Shown: piece after piece, positions 8,464 to 15,954 of the stretch
Position numbering within the stretch: position 1 is the first letter of the stretch
Layout: each line of letters starts with the position of its first letter
Assembly (NCBI RefSeq): GCF_000406145.1
Contig: NZ_CM001976.1
Location: forward strand, 1,465,315-1,497,314
Reading direction: 5' to 3'
DNA from: Dickeya dadantii NCPPB 898
Lineage (GTDB): Bacteria; Pseudomonadota; Gammaproteobacteria; Enterobacterales; Enterobacteriaceae
DNA length: 32,000 nt
The notes under the pieces: model-generated
Databases searched by the model: none
The model's input: the letters and a program-made list of their open reading frames with translations, nothing else
What the model was told of the DNA's origin: nothing
Translations under genes and position numbers: made by a program

Positions 8464-9309
8464 ATGTTTGTTCCGTTGCTCATCATGTTCCGTGAAGGCC
8501 TGGAGGCGGCGCTGATCGTCAGCCTGATTGCCAGCTACCTGAAGCGTACCCAACGCGAACAGTGGTTGGGGGCGGTTTGGGCGGGGGTGGCGTTGGCGCT
8601 GGTGCTATGTCTGGCGCTCGGGGTGTTCATCAACGCCACCACCGGTGAGTTTCCGCAAAAACAGCAGGAGCTGTTTGAAGGGATAGTCGCGGTGATCGCG
8701 GTGATCATCCTGACCTATATGGTGTTCTGGATGCGCAAGGTATCTCGCTCGGTTCGGGTGCATCTGGAAGGCGCCATCGATCAGGCGCTGAGCGCCAGTT
8801 CGCGTCAGGGGTGGGCGCTGGTGGCGATGGTCTTCTTCGCCGTGGCGCGCGAAGGGCTGGAGTCGGTGTTCTTTCTGCTGGCCGCTTTCCAGCAGGATGT
8901 CGGCATTTACGCGCCGATCGGCGCCGTGCTGGGGCTGCTGTGCGCCGTTGTGGTCGGGGTGATGATCTACTGGGGCGGGGTGAAACTGCATCTGGCGCGG
9001 TTCTTCAAATGGAGCAGCCTGTTCATTCTGTTTGTCGCCGCTGGTCTGGCCGCCGGAGCTATCCGCGCGTTTCACGAAGCGGGACTGTGGAACCAATTTC
9101 AGCAAATCGCGTTCGATTTCAGCGCCACGCTGTCGACCCATACCCTGTTCGGCACGTTGCTGGAAGGGATGTTCGGCTATCAGGAAACCCCGACGGTCAG
9201 CGAAGTGGTGGTCTATTTCCTGTATCTGATCCCGGCGCTGGCGTTCTTTTTCCTGCCGCAGCGCATGGAGCCGGCCACGGCTTCGGCGCCGCGTAAGCAT
9301 CACCATTAA
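8464..9309 (+). CDS. efeU: Ferrous iron permease EfeU (FTR1/OFeT family), apparently intact
   Basis: MFVPLLIMFREGLEAALIVSLIASYLKRTQR and a second REGLE motif (FAVAREGLESVFFLLAAFQQD) are near-identical in pattern to E. coli EfeU. GAGGAG SD lies 9 nt upstream of ATG 8464. Confidence 0.92.
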   Translation: MFVPLLIMFREGLEAALIVSLIASYLKRTQREQWLGAVWAGVALALVLCLALGVFINATTGEFPQKQQELFEGIVAVIAVIILTYMVFWMRKVSRSVRVHLEGAIDQALSASSRQGWALVAMVFFAVAREGLESVFFLLAAFQQDVGIYAPIGAVLGLLCAVVVGVMIYWGGVKLHLARFFKWSSLFILFVAAGLAAGAIRAFHEAGLWNQFQQIAFDFSATLSTHTLFGTLLEGMFGYQETPTVSEVVVYFLYLIPALAFFFLPQRMEPATASAPRKHHH

Positions 9310-9367
9310 TCGCTGTAACTATTAGTAACTATCACCATTAACAATTAATGTAAAAAGGGATAATTCT

Positions 9368-10489
9368 ATGTCTACACCATTCTTCCGCCGTACGGCGCTG
9401 TGCGTCGCTCTGCTGGCTTTACCGGCGTTCAGCGCGCTGGCCGCGGATGTCCCGCAGGTTAAGATTACCGTGAACGACAAACAGTGCGAACCGATGCAAG
9501 TCACGGTGGCGGCCGGCAAAACGCAGTTTGTGGTCACCAACGCCAGTCAGAAAAACCTGGAATGGGAAATCCTCAAAGGGGTGATGGTGGTGGAAGAGCG
9601 TGAGAATATCGCGCCGGGCTTTACCCAGAAAATGACCGCCAACCTGGAACCGGGCGAATACGATATGACCTGCGGCCTGCTCAGCAACCCGAAAGGTAAA
9701 CTGGTGGTGACCGCCGGCGGCGATGCCGCCGCCGCGAAAACCAACGTGCTGGACCTGGTAGGGCCGATCGCCGAATACAAGGTTTACGTGACCAAAGAAG
9801 TGGAAGGGCTGGTACAGCAGACCAAACTGTTCACCGCCGCTATCAAGGCCGGCAAGCTGGATGAAGCGCGTAAACTCTATGCACCGACCCGTCAGCACTA
9901 CGAGCGTATCGAGCCGATTGCCGAGCTGTTCTCCGATCTGGACGGCAGCATCGACGCCCGTGAAGACGACTACGAGAAGAAAGCCGACGACCCGAAATTC
10001 ACCGGTTTCCACCGACTGGAGAAAGCACTGTTCGCCGACCGTTCCACCAAAGGTATGGAGCAGTACGCGGATCAGCTGTACGCCGATACCCAGGAGCTGC
10101 AAAAACGTATCGCCAGCCTGACCTTCCTGCCGAGTAAAGTGGTGGGCGGCGCGGCCGGGCTGATTGAAGAAGTGGCGGCGACCAAGATCAGCGGCGAGGA
10201 AGATCGTTACAGCCGCACCGACCTGTGGGATTTCCAGGCCAACGTTGACGGCGCGCAGAAGATCGTCAACCTGCTGCGCCCATTGCTGGAGAAAGCCGAT
10301 AAACCGCTGCTGACCAAAATCGACGCCAACTTCAAAACGGTTGATGGCGTGCTGGCGAAGTACAGAACCAAAGACGGGTTTGAATCTTACGAGAAGCTGA
10401 GCGACGCCGATCGCACCGCGCTGAAAGGGCCGATCACCACGCTGGCGGAAGACCTGGCGCAGCTGCGCGGCGTGCTCGGTTTGGATTGA
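9368..10489 (+). CDS. efeO: Iron uptake system periplasmic protein EfeO (cupredoxin-like N-domain + imelysin/M75-like C-domain)
   Basis: Signal peptide [26 protein letters not shown]-terminal cupredoxin-like segment ([27 protein letters not shown]), and its position between efeU and efeB. Confidence 0.9.
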   Translation: MSTPFFRRTALCVALLALPAFSALAADVPQVKITVNDKQCEPMQVTVAAGKTQFVVTNASQKNLEWEILKGVMVVEERENIAPGFTQKMTANLEPGEYDMTCGLLSNPKGKLVVTAGGDAAAAKTNVLDLVGPIAEYKVYVTKEVEGLVQQTKLFTAAIKAGKLDEARKLYAPTRQHYERIEPIAELFSDLDGSIDAREDDYEKKADDPKFTGFHRLEKALFADRSTKGMEQYADQLYADTQELQKRIASLTFLPSKVVGGAAGLIEEVAATKISGEEDRYSRTDLWDFQANVDGAQKIVNLLRPLLEKADKPLLTKIDANFKTVDGVLAKYRTKDGFESYEKLSDADRTALKGPITTLAEDLAQLRGVLGLD

Positions 10490-10500
10490 GGCGAGCGATC

Positions 10501-11814
10501 ATGAGCCATACCACTGGCCCGCAGGACGGGCCGCATTCCTCCCAAGCTTCCGCGTGTCCGGCACAGCCGGACATCGCTTCGCCCTCACGCCGCCGGCTGT
10601 TGCAGGGGCTGGGCATGATGGGCGGCGCGCTGGCGCTCGGCGCCGACCGGCTGGCGCAGGCGGAGGACAAACCGCAGGCGCCGCAGGATGAACGCTGGGA
10701 AAAACAGCCGTTCTACGGTCCGCATCAGGCCGGTATCGTCACGCCGCAACAGGCGGCGATGATGCTGGTGGCGTTCGATGTGCTGGCGACCAGCAAGCCG
10801 GACCTGACCCGGTTGTTCCAGTTGCTGACTCAGCGTGTCGCATTTCTGACGCAGGGCGGCAAGGTGCCGGATGTCGACCCGCGTCTGCCGCCGCTGGATT
10901 CCGGCATCATGGGGCCGGAAATCTATCCGGATAACCTTACCATCACCGTGTCGGTCGGCGCGTCGCTGTTTGACGAACGGTTTGGTTTGCAGGCGCTCAA
11001 GCCGCTGAAGCTGCAACGCATGACCCGTTTTCCCAACGACTCGCTGGACGCCAGTCTGTGTCACGGCGACCTGTTGTTGCAGATTTGCGCCAACACCAAC
11101 GAGACGGTGCTGCACGCGCTGCGCGACATCATCAAGCAGACGCCGGACCTGCTCAGCGTACGCTGGAAGCGGGAAGGGTTTATTTCCGCGCACGCGGCGC
11201 GCAGCAAAGGCCGGCAAACCCCCGTCAATCTGCTGGGTTTCAAAGACGGTACCGCTAACCCCAATACCGGCGATCATACGCTGATGGACCAGATCCTGTG
11301 GGTCGGCGCGGCGTCCAGCGAGCCGGCCTGGGCGGTGGGCGGCAGCTATCAGGCGGCACGCATCATCCGTTTTCATGTTGAATTCTGGGACCGCACGCCG
11401 CTCAGGGAGCAGCAGACCATTTTCGGCCGGGACAAACACAGCGGCGCGCCGCTGGGCATGGCCCATGAGCATGACGAACCGGACTACGGTCAGGACCCGG
11501 AAGGCAAAGTGATTCCGCTGGACGCGCATATTCGCCTCGCCAATCCACGCACCCCGGAAACCCGCGCCAACCTGATGCTGCGCCGTGGCTACAGCTACTC
11601 GCTGGGGGTGTCTAACTCCGGCCAGTTGGATATGGGGCTGCTGTTCGTCTGCTATCAGGCCGACCTGGAAAAAGGTTTTCTGACGGTGCAAAAACGGCTC
11701 GACGGCGAACCGCTGGAGGAGTACATCAAGCCAATCGGCGGAGGGTATTTCTTCGTGCTGCCGGGGGTGAAAAGCGCCGACGACTGGCTGGCGAGCGGGT
11801 TGCTGACGGCGTAA
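10501..11814 (+). CDS. efeB: Dyp-type (deferrochelatase) peroxidase EfeB, Tat-exported
   Basis: Twin-arginine motif [19 protein letters not shown], Dyp-type body ([23 protein letters not shown]). Start set to ATG 10501, 11 nt after the efeO stop. Confidence 0.9.
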   Translation: MSHTTGPQDGPHSSQASACPAQPDIASPSRRRLLQGLGMMGGALALGADRLAQAEDKPQAPQDERWEKQPFYGPHQAGIVTPQQAAMMLVAFDVLATSKPDLTRLFQLLTQRVAFLTQGGKVPDVDPRLPPLDSGIMGPEIYPDNLTITVSVGASLFDERFGLQALKPLKLQRMTRFPNDSLDASLCHGDLLLQICANTNETVLHALRDIIKQTPDLLSVRWKREGFISAHAARSKGRQTPVNLLGFKDGTANPNTGDHTLMDQILWVGAASSEPAWAVGGSYQAARIIRFHVEFWDRTPLREQQTIFGRDKHSGAPLGMAHEHDEPDYGQDPEGKVIPLDAHIRLANPRTPETRANLMLRRGYSYSLGVSNSGQLDMGLLFVCYQADLEKGFLTVQKRLDGEPLEEYIKPIGGGYFFVLPGVKSADDWLASGLLTA

Positions 11815-11864
11815 GCCGCGCCGGGTTACCAACCGGGTTAATCGCTGAAAACAGGAGCGTCATC

Positions 11865-12092
11865 ATGCTGGAATTACGGCCCAACTGTGAATGTTGCGAC
11901 GCCGATCTGCCGCCGGATTCATTGCTGGCGCGGATTTGTTCGTTTGAGTGCACCTTCTGCGCGGATTGCGCGGAGGATAAACTGAGCGGTCGCTGCCCTA
12001 ACTGCGGCGGCGAACTGGTCCGTCGGCCGATCCGGCCGGCGGAGAAACTGGTCAATAACCCGGCGTCGACCCGGCGGGTGCTGGCCCGGTAA
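11865..12092 (+). CDS. DUF1272-family Cys-rich small protein (zinc-ribbon-like)
   Basis: MLELRPNCECCDADLPPDS..ARICSFECTFCADCAEDKLSGRCPNCGGELVRRP matches my recollection of DUF1272. There are ten Cys in the first 47 of its 75 aa. AGGAG SD lies 7 nt upstream, and the gene starts 50 nt after efeB on the same strand. Confidence 0.75.
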   Translation: MLELRPNCECCDADLPPDSLLARICSFECTFCADCAEDKLSGRCPNCGGELVRRPIRPAEKLVNNPASTRRVLAR

Positions 12093-12152
12093 CGCTTTTC
12101 TTTCTACCGCTGTTTTCTCTACCCCGGTTTTTCTTGCCAGGCTGATGCAAAA

Positions 12153-12180
12153 CGCCCGTCGAACAGAAGGTCGACGGGCG
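12153..12180. terminator. Shared hairpin terminator between convergent DUF1272 gene and proP
   Basis: cgcccgtcga (12153-12162) and tcgacgggcg (12171-12180) form a perfect 10-bp GC-rich stem with an 8-nt loop. On the minus strand it is followed by TTTTGCATC, which suits a proP terminator. Confidence 0.7.
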
Positions 12181-12209
12181 TGCTCAGCTGTTCATTGGTT
12201 CAGCTTCAG

Positions 12210-13715
12210 CTAGTCATTAATGCGCGGATGCTGGGCAACCAGCAGTTGGCGTTTCGCTTCCAGCTCGGCGATTTGCTGCGTGATATCCTCGATTTTATGT
12301 TCGATATTGTCGTGGTGCTCCTGCAAAATTTCCTTCGCTTCCGACAGGTCGGAGGCGGCCGGCGTGGCGCCCTTCAGCGGCTTGTTGGCCGTTTCTTTCA
12401 TGAACAGGCCGGTCAACAGGCCGATAACGGCGATCACCATCAGGTAGTACGCCGGCATATATAGGTTCTGACTGCTTTCCACCAGCCAGGCGGTGACGGT
12501 GGGCGTCAGGCCGGCGATCAACACCGAGATATTGAAAGCGCTGGCCAGCGCGCTATAGCGAATGTGCGTCGGGAACAGCGCGGGCAGGGTTGACGCCATC
12601 ACGCCGGTAAAAGCGTTCAGGATCACCGCCAGCATCAGCAGCCCAAGAAAAATCAGGCCGATAATGTCGCTGTTGATCAGCATAAAGCTCGGCACCGCCA
12701 GGAAAAACATGGCGACGCTGCCGATAACCACGAATGGTTTGCGGCCAAAGCGGTCGCTGAGCAGGCCCATCACCGGCTGCACGAACAGCATGCCGATCAT
12801 GATGGCGATGATGATCAATACGCCATGGTTTTCCGAGTAATGCAGGCTGTGCGACAGGTAGCTTGGCATGTAGGTCAGCAGCATGTAATAGGTCACGTTG
12901 GTGGCGATCACCAGCCCGATGCATACCAGCAGGCTTTTCCAGTGGTGGGTGGCGATTTCCCGAAAAGAGACGCCCGGTCCGGCTTTCAGCCCGTCGCGAT
13001 CGTTCTGCTCCAGTTTCTCCACGTGTTGCCGAAACGCGGGGGTTTCTTCCAGCGCGTGGCGCAGGTACAGGCCGATGAGGCCGAGCGGCAGCGCCAGGAA
13101 GAACGGCAGGCGCCAGCCCCATTCCAGAAACGCCTGTTCGCCGATAAGGGTGGAAATCAGCACCACCACGCCGGCGCCCAGCACAAACCCGGCGATGGAG
13201 CCGAAATCCAGCCAACTGCCCATGAAACCGCGTTTGCGGTCGGGAGAATATTCCGCCACGAAGATCGACGCGCCGGTGTATTCGCCGCCGACGGAGAACC
13301 CCTGCGCCATTTTTGCCAGCAGCAGCAGGATCGGCGCCCAGATGCCGATGCGTTCGTACGACGGTATCAGCCCGATGCTGAAGGTGCTGATGGACATGAT
13401 GATAATGGTAATGGCGAGGATTTTCTGGCGGCCGTATTTGTCGCCCAGTGCGCCGAAAAACACGCCGCCCAGCGGGCGGATCAGAAACGGCACCGAGAAG
13501 GTCGCCAGCGCGGCGATCATCTGTACGCCGGGATCGGCGCCGGGGAAGAACACCTGGCCCAGCGCATAGGCGACGAAGCCGTAGACGCCAAAATCGAACC
13601 ACTCCATGGCGTTGCCGAGCGCGGCGGCGGTAATGGCTTTGCGCAGACGGCCGTCATCAATGATGGTGACATCGTCCAGCGCGATAGGTTTTACACGTTT
13701 TCTCTTCAATTTCAT
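12210..13715 (-). CDS. proP: Proline/glycine betaine:H+ symporter ProP (MFS osmosensor with C-terminal coiled coil)
   Basis: Collinear near-identity to E. coli ProP (KPIALDDVTIIDDGRLRKAITAAALGNAMEWFDFGVYGFVAYALG ... QHPRIND), including the C-terminal heptad region EDITQQIAELEAKRQLL. Confidence 0.95.
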   Translation of the reverse strand: MKLKRKRVKPIALDDVTIIDDGRLRKAITAAALGNAMEWFDFGVYGFVAYALGQVFFPGADPGVQMIAALATFSVPFLIRPLGGVFFGALGDKYGRQKILAITIIIMSISTFSIGLIPSYERIGIWAPILLLLAKMAQGFSVGGEYTGASIFVAEYSPDRKRGFMGSWLDFGSIAGFVLGAGVVVLISTLIGEQAFLEWGWRLPFFLALPLGLIGLYLRHALEETPAFRQHVEKLEQNDRDGLKAGPGVSFREIATHHWKSLLVCIGLVIATNVTYYMLLTYMPSYLSHSLHYSENHGVLIIIAIMIGMLFVQPVMGLLSDRFGRKPFVVIGSVAMFFLAVPSFMLINSDIIGLIFLGLLMLAVILNAFTGVMASTLPALFPTHIRYSALASAFNISVLIAGLTPTVTAWLVESSQNLYMPAYYLMVIAVIGLLTGLFMKETANKPLKGATPAASDLSEAKEILQEHHDNIEHKIEDITQQIAELEAKRQLLVAQHPRIND

Positions 13716-14319
13716 AAAGTGACTAACCTTTTATTCTCGTGACATGAAAAGGGAGGTGAAGCGTGGGGGAAAAACACCGTCTTGCCGGGTATGACGTCAG
13801 GTGCTATCGGGTAGTGTGGTGAGGGTGTGGCGGACAGCAGCCCGCAAAACGTATTCACGTCGGCGCGCCGGCAACATGGCGCAACACCGTCTCATTCTTC
13901 CCCTTGAGCATCTCTGCCGGGCCGGGGCATCAAAATGATGCAGGCTCGGCGTGATCGCGTACTACGGCCTGTTGCGATGCTGAACGAGCAGGCCGTTGTC
14001 AATACACATTGTTGTTAATAATATCACAATTTTTTAATTTATAAAAATAATGGTGATTGTTTGTCATTTTATGTGGATTTAAATATCGATTATTTGGCTT
14101 TTTACTGGTGTTTTATGCTGGTTCTGAGTGGGTTTTTCTGGTGGCTGAAATGGGGGGATAACCACGGACTTAACTGGAAAAGCAAAGGTGAGCCGTCGTG
14201 TTTGATATCAATAAAGGTAGGCGAAACGTTACGCAGAGGTTGTAAACGATGGATGCCTGCTGTGGGCGAGGAGCCGAAGTAGGCGGCTATAAGATGACTA
14301 GTAAGACAATGGCGATGCA

Positions 14320-15318
14320 CTATAGGTAATCATCACGGCGATTACGTTCATATCCCCTGCGTCCTCTTACCGCCTGTTCATTGTTGAGCGCAATATAGCG
14401 CTCAAATCGGTCACTAAGCTGCGCAAGTTTCAGTGGCAACTCTTTGGTGACAAAGGCTTCCGGGATCTCAAAATCATCCAGATGCCCTGCTAGAAATTGA
14501 TGCACTTTTTCCAATACGCCTAATAGTGTAATGTTGTTACTTTGCTGCTTCTCCAATAACGGTCCCTGCCAGGTGTGCCAGAATGCTTGCTGACGAAGAC
14601 AATTCTTATTGCCCGCCAACTGCCAGAGTTCCATAAACATTTCCCGAGCAATCCAGAACGGCTCAACATCGAACGCGTCGATAAGAAAGTAGTAACACGG
14701 GATTTTAAGCGCGTTGATTCGGGCGATCTCAATTTCAGGATCACGACGCAAATCAATTAGGTTACTGAAGCGGGAGCGCATACAGGCAATGGGATTTAAC
14801 ACCCTGATCTTTTCGCTCATTTCCGGGATACCTGGGCCGGTTGCTTCCACATAAAACGGGGTGGTATGGAGGTAAAGTTTATCCCCCAGAAAATCAGAGC
14901 GGTCAAAGCCTCCGGGCCGATCGATAATATCTACCACATTTGGCTCGTCAGGTGCATTCGGCACAGCAAACAAACGATCATCATCCCGCTTAATATCATG
15001 CGTGTCCTTATCGATAAGCATGAACTGAGCTAGGGATGGTGGCTGGCCGTCTTTGTTCTCCCACGTATTTACATTGAGTGTTTTAGCTATGGCCGCAATG
15101 TCGTCTTTCCGGGCGCTGTAGTCGCAGTCAACAGAAGTAGTGAGACGCTCATCAGGCAACCTATCGCCGTATCGAGCATGGTAATAGGATATCCAGTATC
15201 GCACGGCCTGGCCGCCAACTGTGATCACCGCATGTTTGAACTGATCGGCGTTGCAGATCAACTGCTGATTTAGCAGATACACCTGCTCATCAGGGGGGAT
15301 AACGTTTTGAACAGACAT
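14320..15318 (-). CDS. Uncharacterised 332-aa protein; candidate Pol-beta-fold nucleotidyltransferase (AbiEii-like architecture?)
   Basis: Long ORF in a low-GC islet. By-eye NTase signature: VITVGGQAV (GG at nt 15211-15216), then TTSVDCDY (DxD at nt 15121-15129), further acidic clusters (VVDIIDRPGG), and a helical C-terminal half. ATG 15318 is preferred over the track's TTG 15357, which would read through a hairpin. No family confidently recognised. Confidence 0.6.
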   Translation of the reverse strand: MSVQNVIPPDEQVYLLNQQLICNADQFKHAVITVGGQAVRYWISYYHARYGDRLPDERLTTSVDCDYSARKDDIAAIAKTLNVNTWENKDGQPPSLAQFMLIDKDTHDIKRDDDRLFAVPNAPDEPNVVDIIDRPGGFDRSDFLGDKLYLHTTPFYVEATGPGIPEMSEKIRVLNPIACMRSRFSNLIDLRRDPEIEIARINALKIPCYYFLIDAFDVEPFWIAREMFMELWQLAGNKNCLRQQAFWHTWQGPLLEKQQSNNITLLGVLEKVHQFLAGHLDDFEIPEAFVTKELPLKLAQLSDRFERYIALNNEQAVRGRRGYERNRRDDYL

Positions 15319-15322
15319 AAAA

Positions 15323-15345
15323 AAACCATCAGTGGATGATGGTTT
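15323..15345 (-). terminator. Hairpin + U-tract between the 51-aa ORF and the 332-aa ORF (leaky or partial terminator?)
   Basis: aaaccatca (15323-15331) and tgatggttt (15337-15345) form a perfect 9-bp stem with a 5-nt loop. On the minus strand it is followed by four more U (15322-15319), making U7 with the stem, and then directly by AUG (15318-15316). The stem is AU-rich, so strength is uncertain. Confidence 0.45.
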
Positions 15346-15366
15346 ATTGTGCCTCAAAGTTCGTGG

Positions 15367-15522
15367 TCAGGCAAAATCGATCTCATGGGCAAACTTATTG
15401 CTGGCTGACTTGCTGAAGCGACTTTTCACGGCAGGTTGATACCCGGCACGACCAAGCGCAACTTGCACTGCTACGGCATTGTAGCGTTTATGCTGCTTCT
15501 GTTTAGCTTGTGCGGGAGACAT
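15367..15522 (-). CDS. Unlisted 51-aa basic small protein (hand-translated; below ORF-track cutoff)
   Basis: ATG 15522 to TGA 15369-15367 gives MSPAQAKQKQHKRYNAVAVQVALGRAGYQPAVKSRFSKSASNKFAHEIDFA. There is a weak AGGT SD-like element 9 nt upstream. It is followed by the hairpin/U-tract and co-oriented with the 332-aa ORF. No family recognised. Confidence 0.4.
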   Translation of the reverse strand: MSPAQAKQKQHKRYNAVAVQVALGRAGYQPAVKSRFSKSASNKFAHEIDFA

Positions 15523-15591
15523 AATTTAGTACCTGACGGTAGTTATAAACAAATGAGTTGCAGCAACTATACGTCACGAATCTTCGTTACG

Positions 15592-15607
15592 CAATAGTAT
15601 ACTATTG
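15592..15607. promoter_or_regulatory. Perfect 16-bp palindrome (CAATAGTATACTATTG) containing a -10-like TATACT; candidate operator/promoter of the islet module
   Basis: The sequence is exactly self-complementary. On the minus strand, TATACT (15601-15596) has TACACA 16 nt upstream as a possible -35. It lies 70-85 nt upstream of the 51-aa ORF start. Smaller dyads flank it: gttgcAgcaac 15557-15567 and gtactTTCAGagtac 15621-15635. Confidence 0.4.
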
Positions 15608-15916
15608 ATGCAACCACTGTGTACTTTCAGAGTACAAAGTAAGTCGTTAACTCCTGGATAGAAGTACGGATATCATTGTTTGCCAGATACTCATACATTC
15701 ATTTCCAAAGAACTTTTCTCTCCTTTACCTTCGACACAAACGTTTATCTTCTCGCAGTTAAACGGTAGACAAAATTTGGCCACGATATGAGAGCTTCCCA
15801 GAACCACTCTAAACTTCCCCCCCCCTGGCACTAAGCAAACACGGGCAGCAGGGTCTGCTTTAAACATACAAGGATCGGACCTGGCGGTCATGGCGTGATG
15901 GGATAACCGCATAATG

Positions 15917-15947
15917 AGAGCGGCGACGTTCAGCCTGTCGCCACTCT
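15917..15947 (-). terminator. Possible terminator hairpin downstream of the RND permease gene
   Basis: agagcggcgac (15917-15927) pairs with gtcgccactct (15937-15947), giving an 11-bp stem with one mismatch and a 9-nt loop. It starts 8 nt downstream of the stop at 15955-15957. Only a weak U-rich tail follows (CAUUAUGCGGUUAU). Confidence 0.4.
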
Positions 15948-15954
15948 GATGGGG

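Noticed and set aside
10585-11832. 415-aa minus-strand ORF antisense to efeB
   Set aside because: Shadow ORF of a confidently identified Tat-exported Dyp peroxidase, with an Arg/Gln/His-rich nonsense-like sequence.
12553-13742. Several long ORFs (349 aa minus-strand off-frame; 305 and 223 aa plus-strand) overlapping proP
   Set aside because: proP is near-identical in pattern to E. coli ProP over its whole length. The overlapping frames are Arg/Pro/Gly-rich GC artefacts.
14061-14320. Overlapping 73-aa (+) and 72-aa (-) ORFs at the left end of the islet
   Set aside because: The plus-strand ORF starts at TTG without an SD, and its internal ATG (MLVLSGFFWWLKWG...) also lacks one. The minus-strand ORF overlaps it and follows the 332-aa gene stop with no SD. 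Neither is supportable from sequence alone, though a small Trp-rich membrane peptide cannot be excluded.
15691-15912. 73-aa minus-strand ORF between the RND terminator and the islet promoter region
   Set aside because: It begins 5-6 nt downstream of the putative RND terminator hairpin (15917-15947) with no SD in between, contains the C9 slippage tract, and has no SD or motifs. It is more likely non-coding or a gene remnant.
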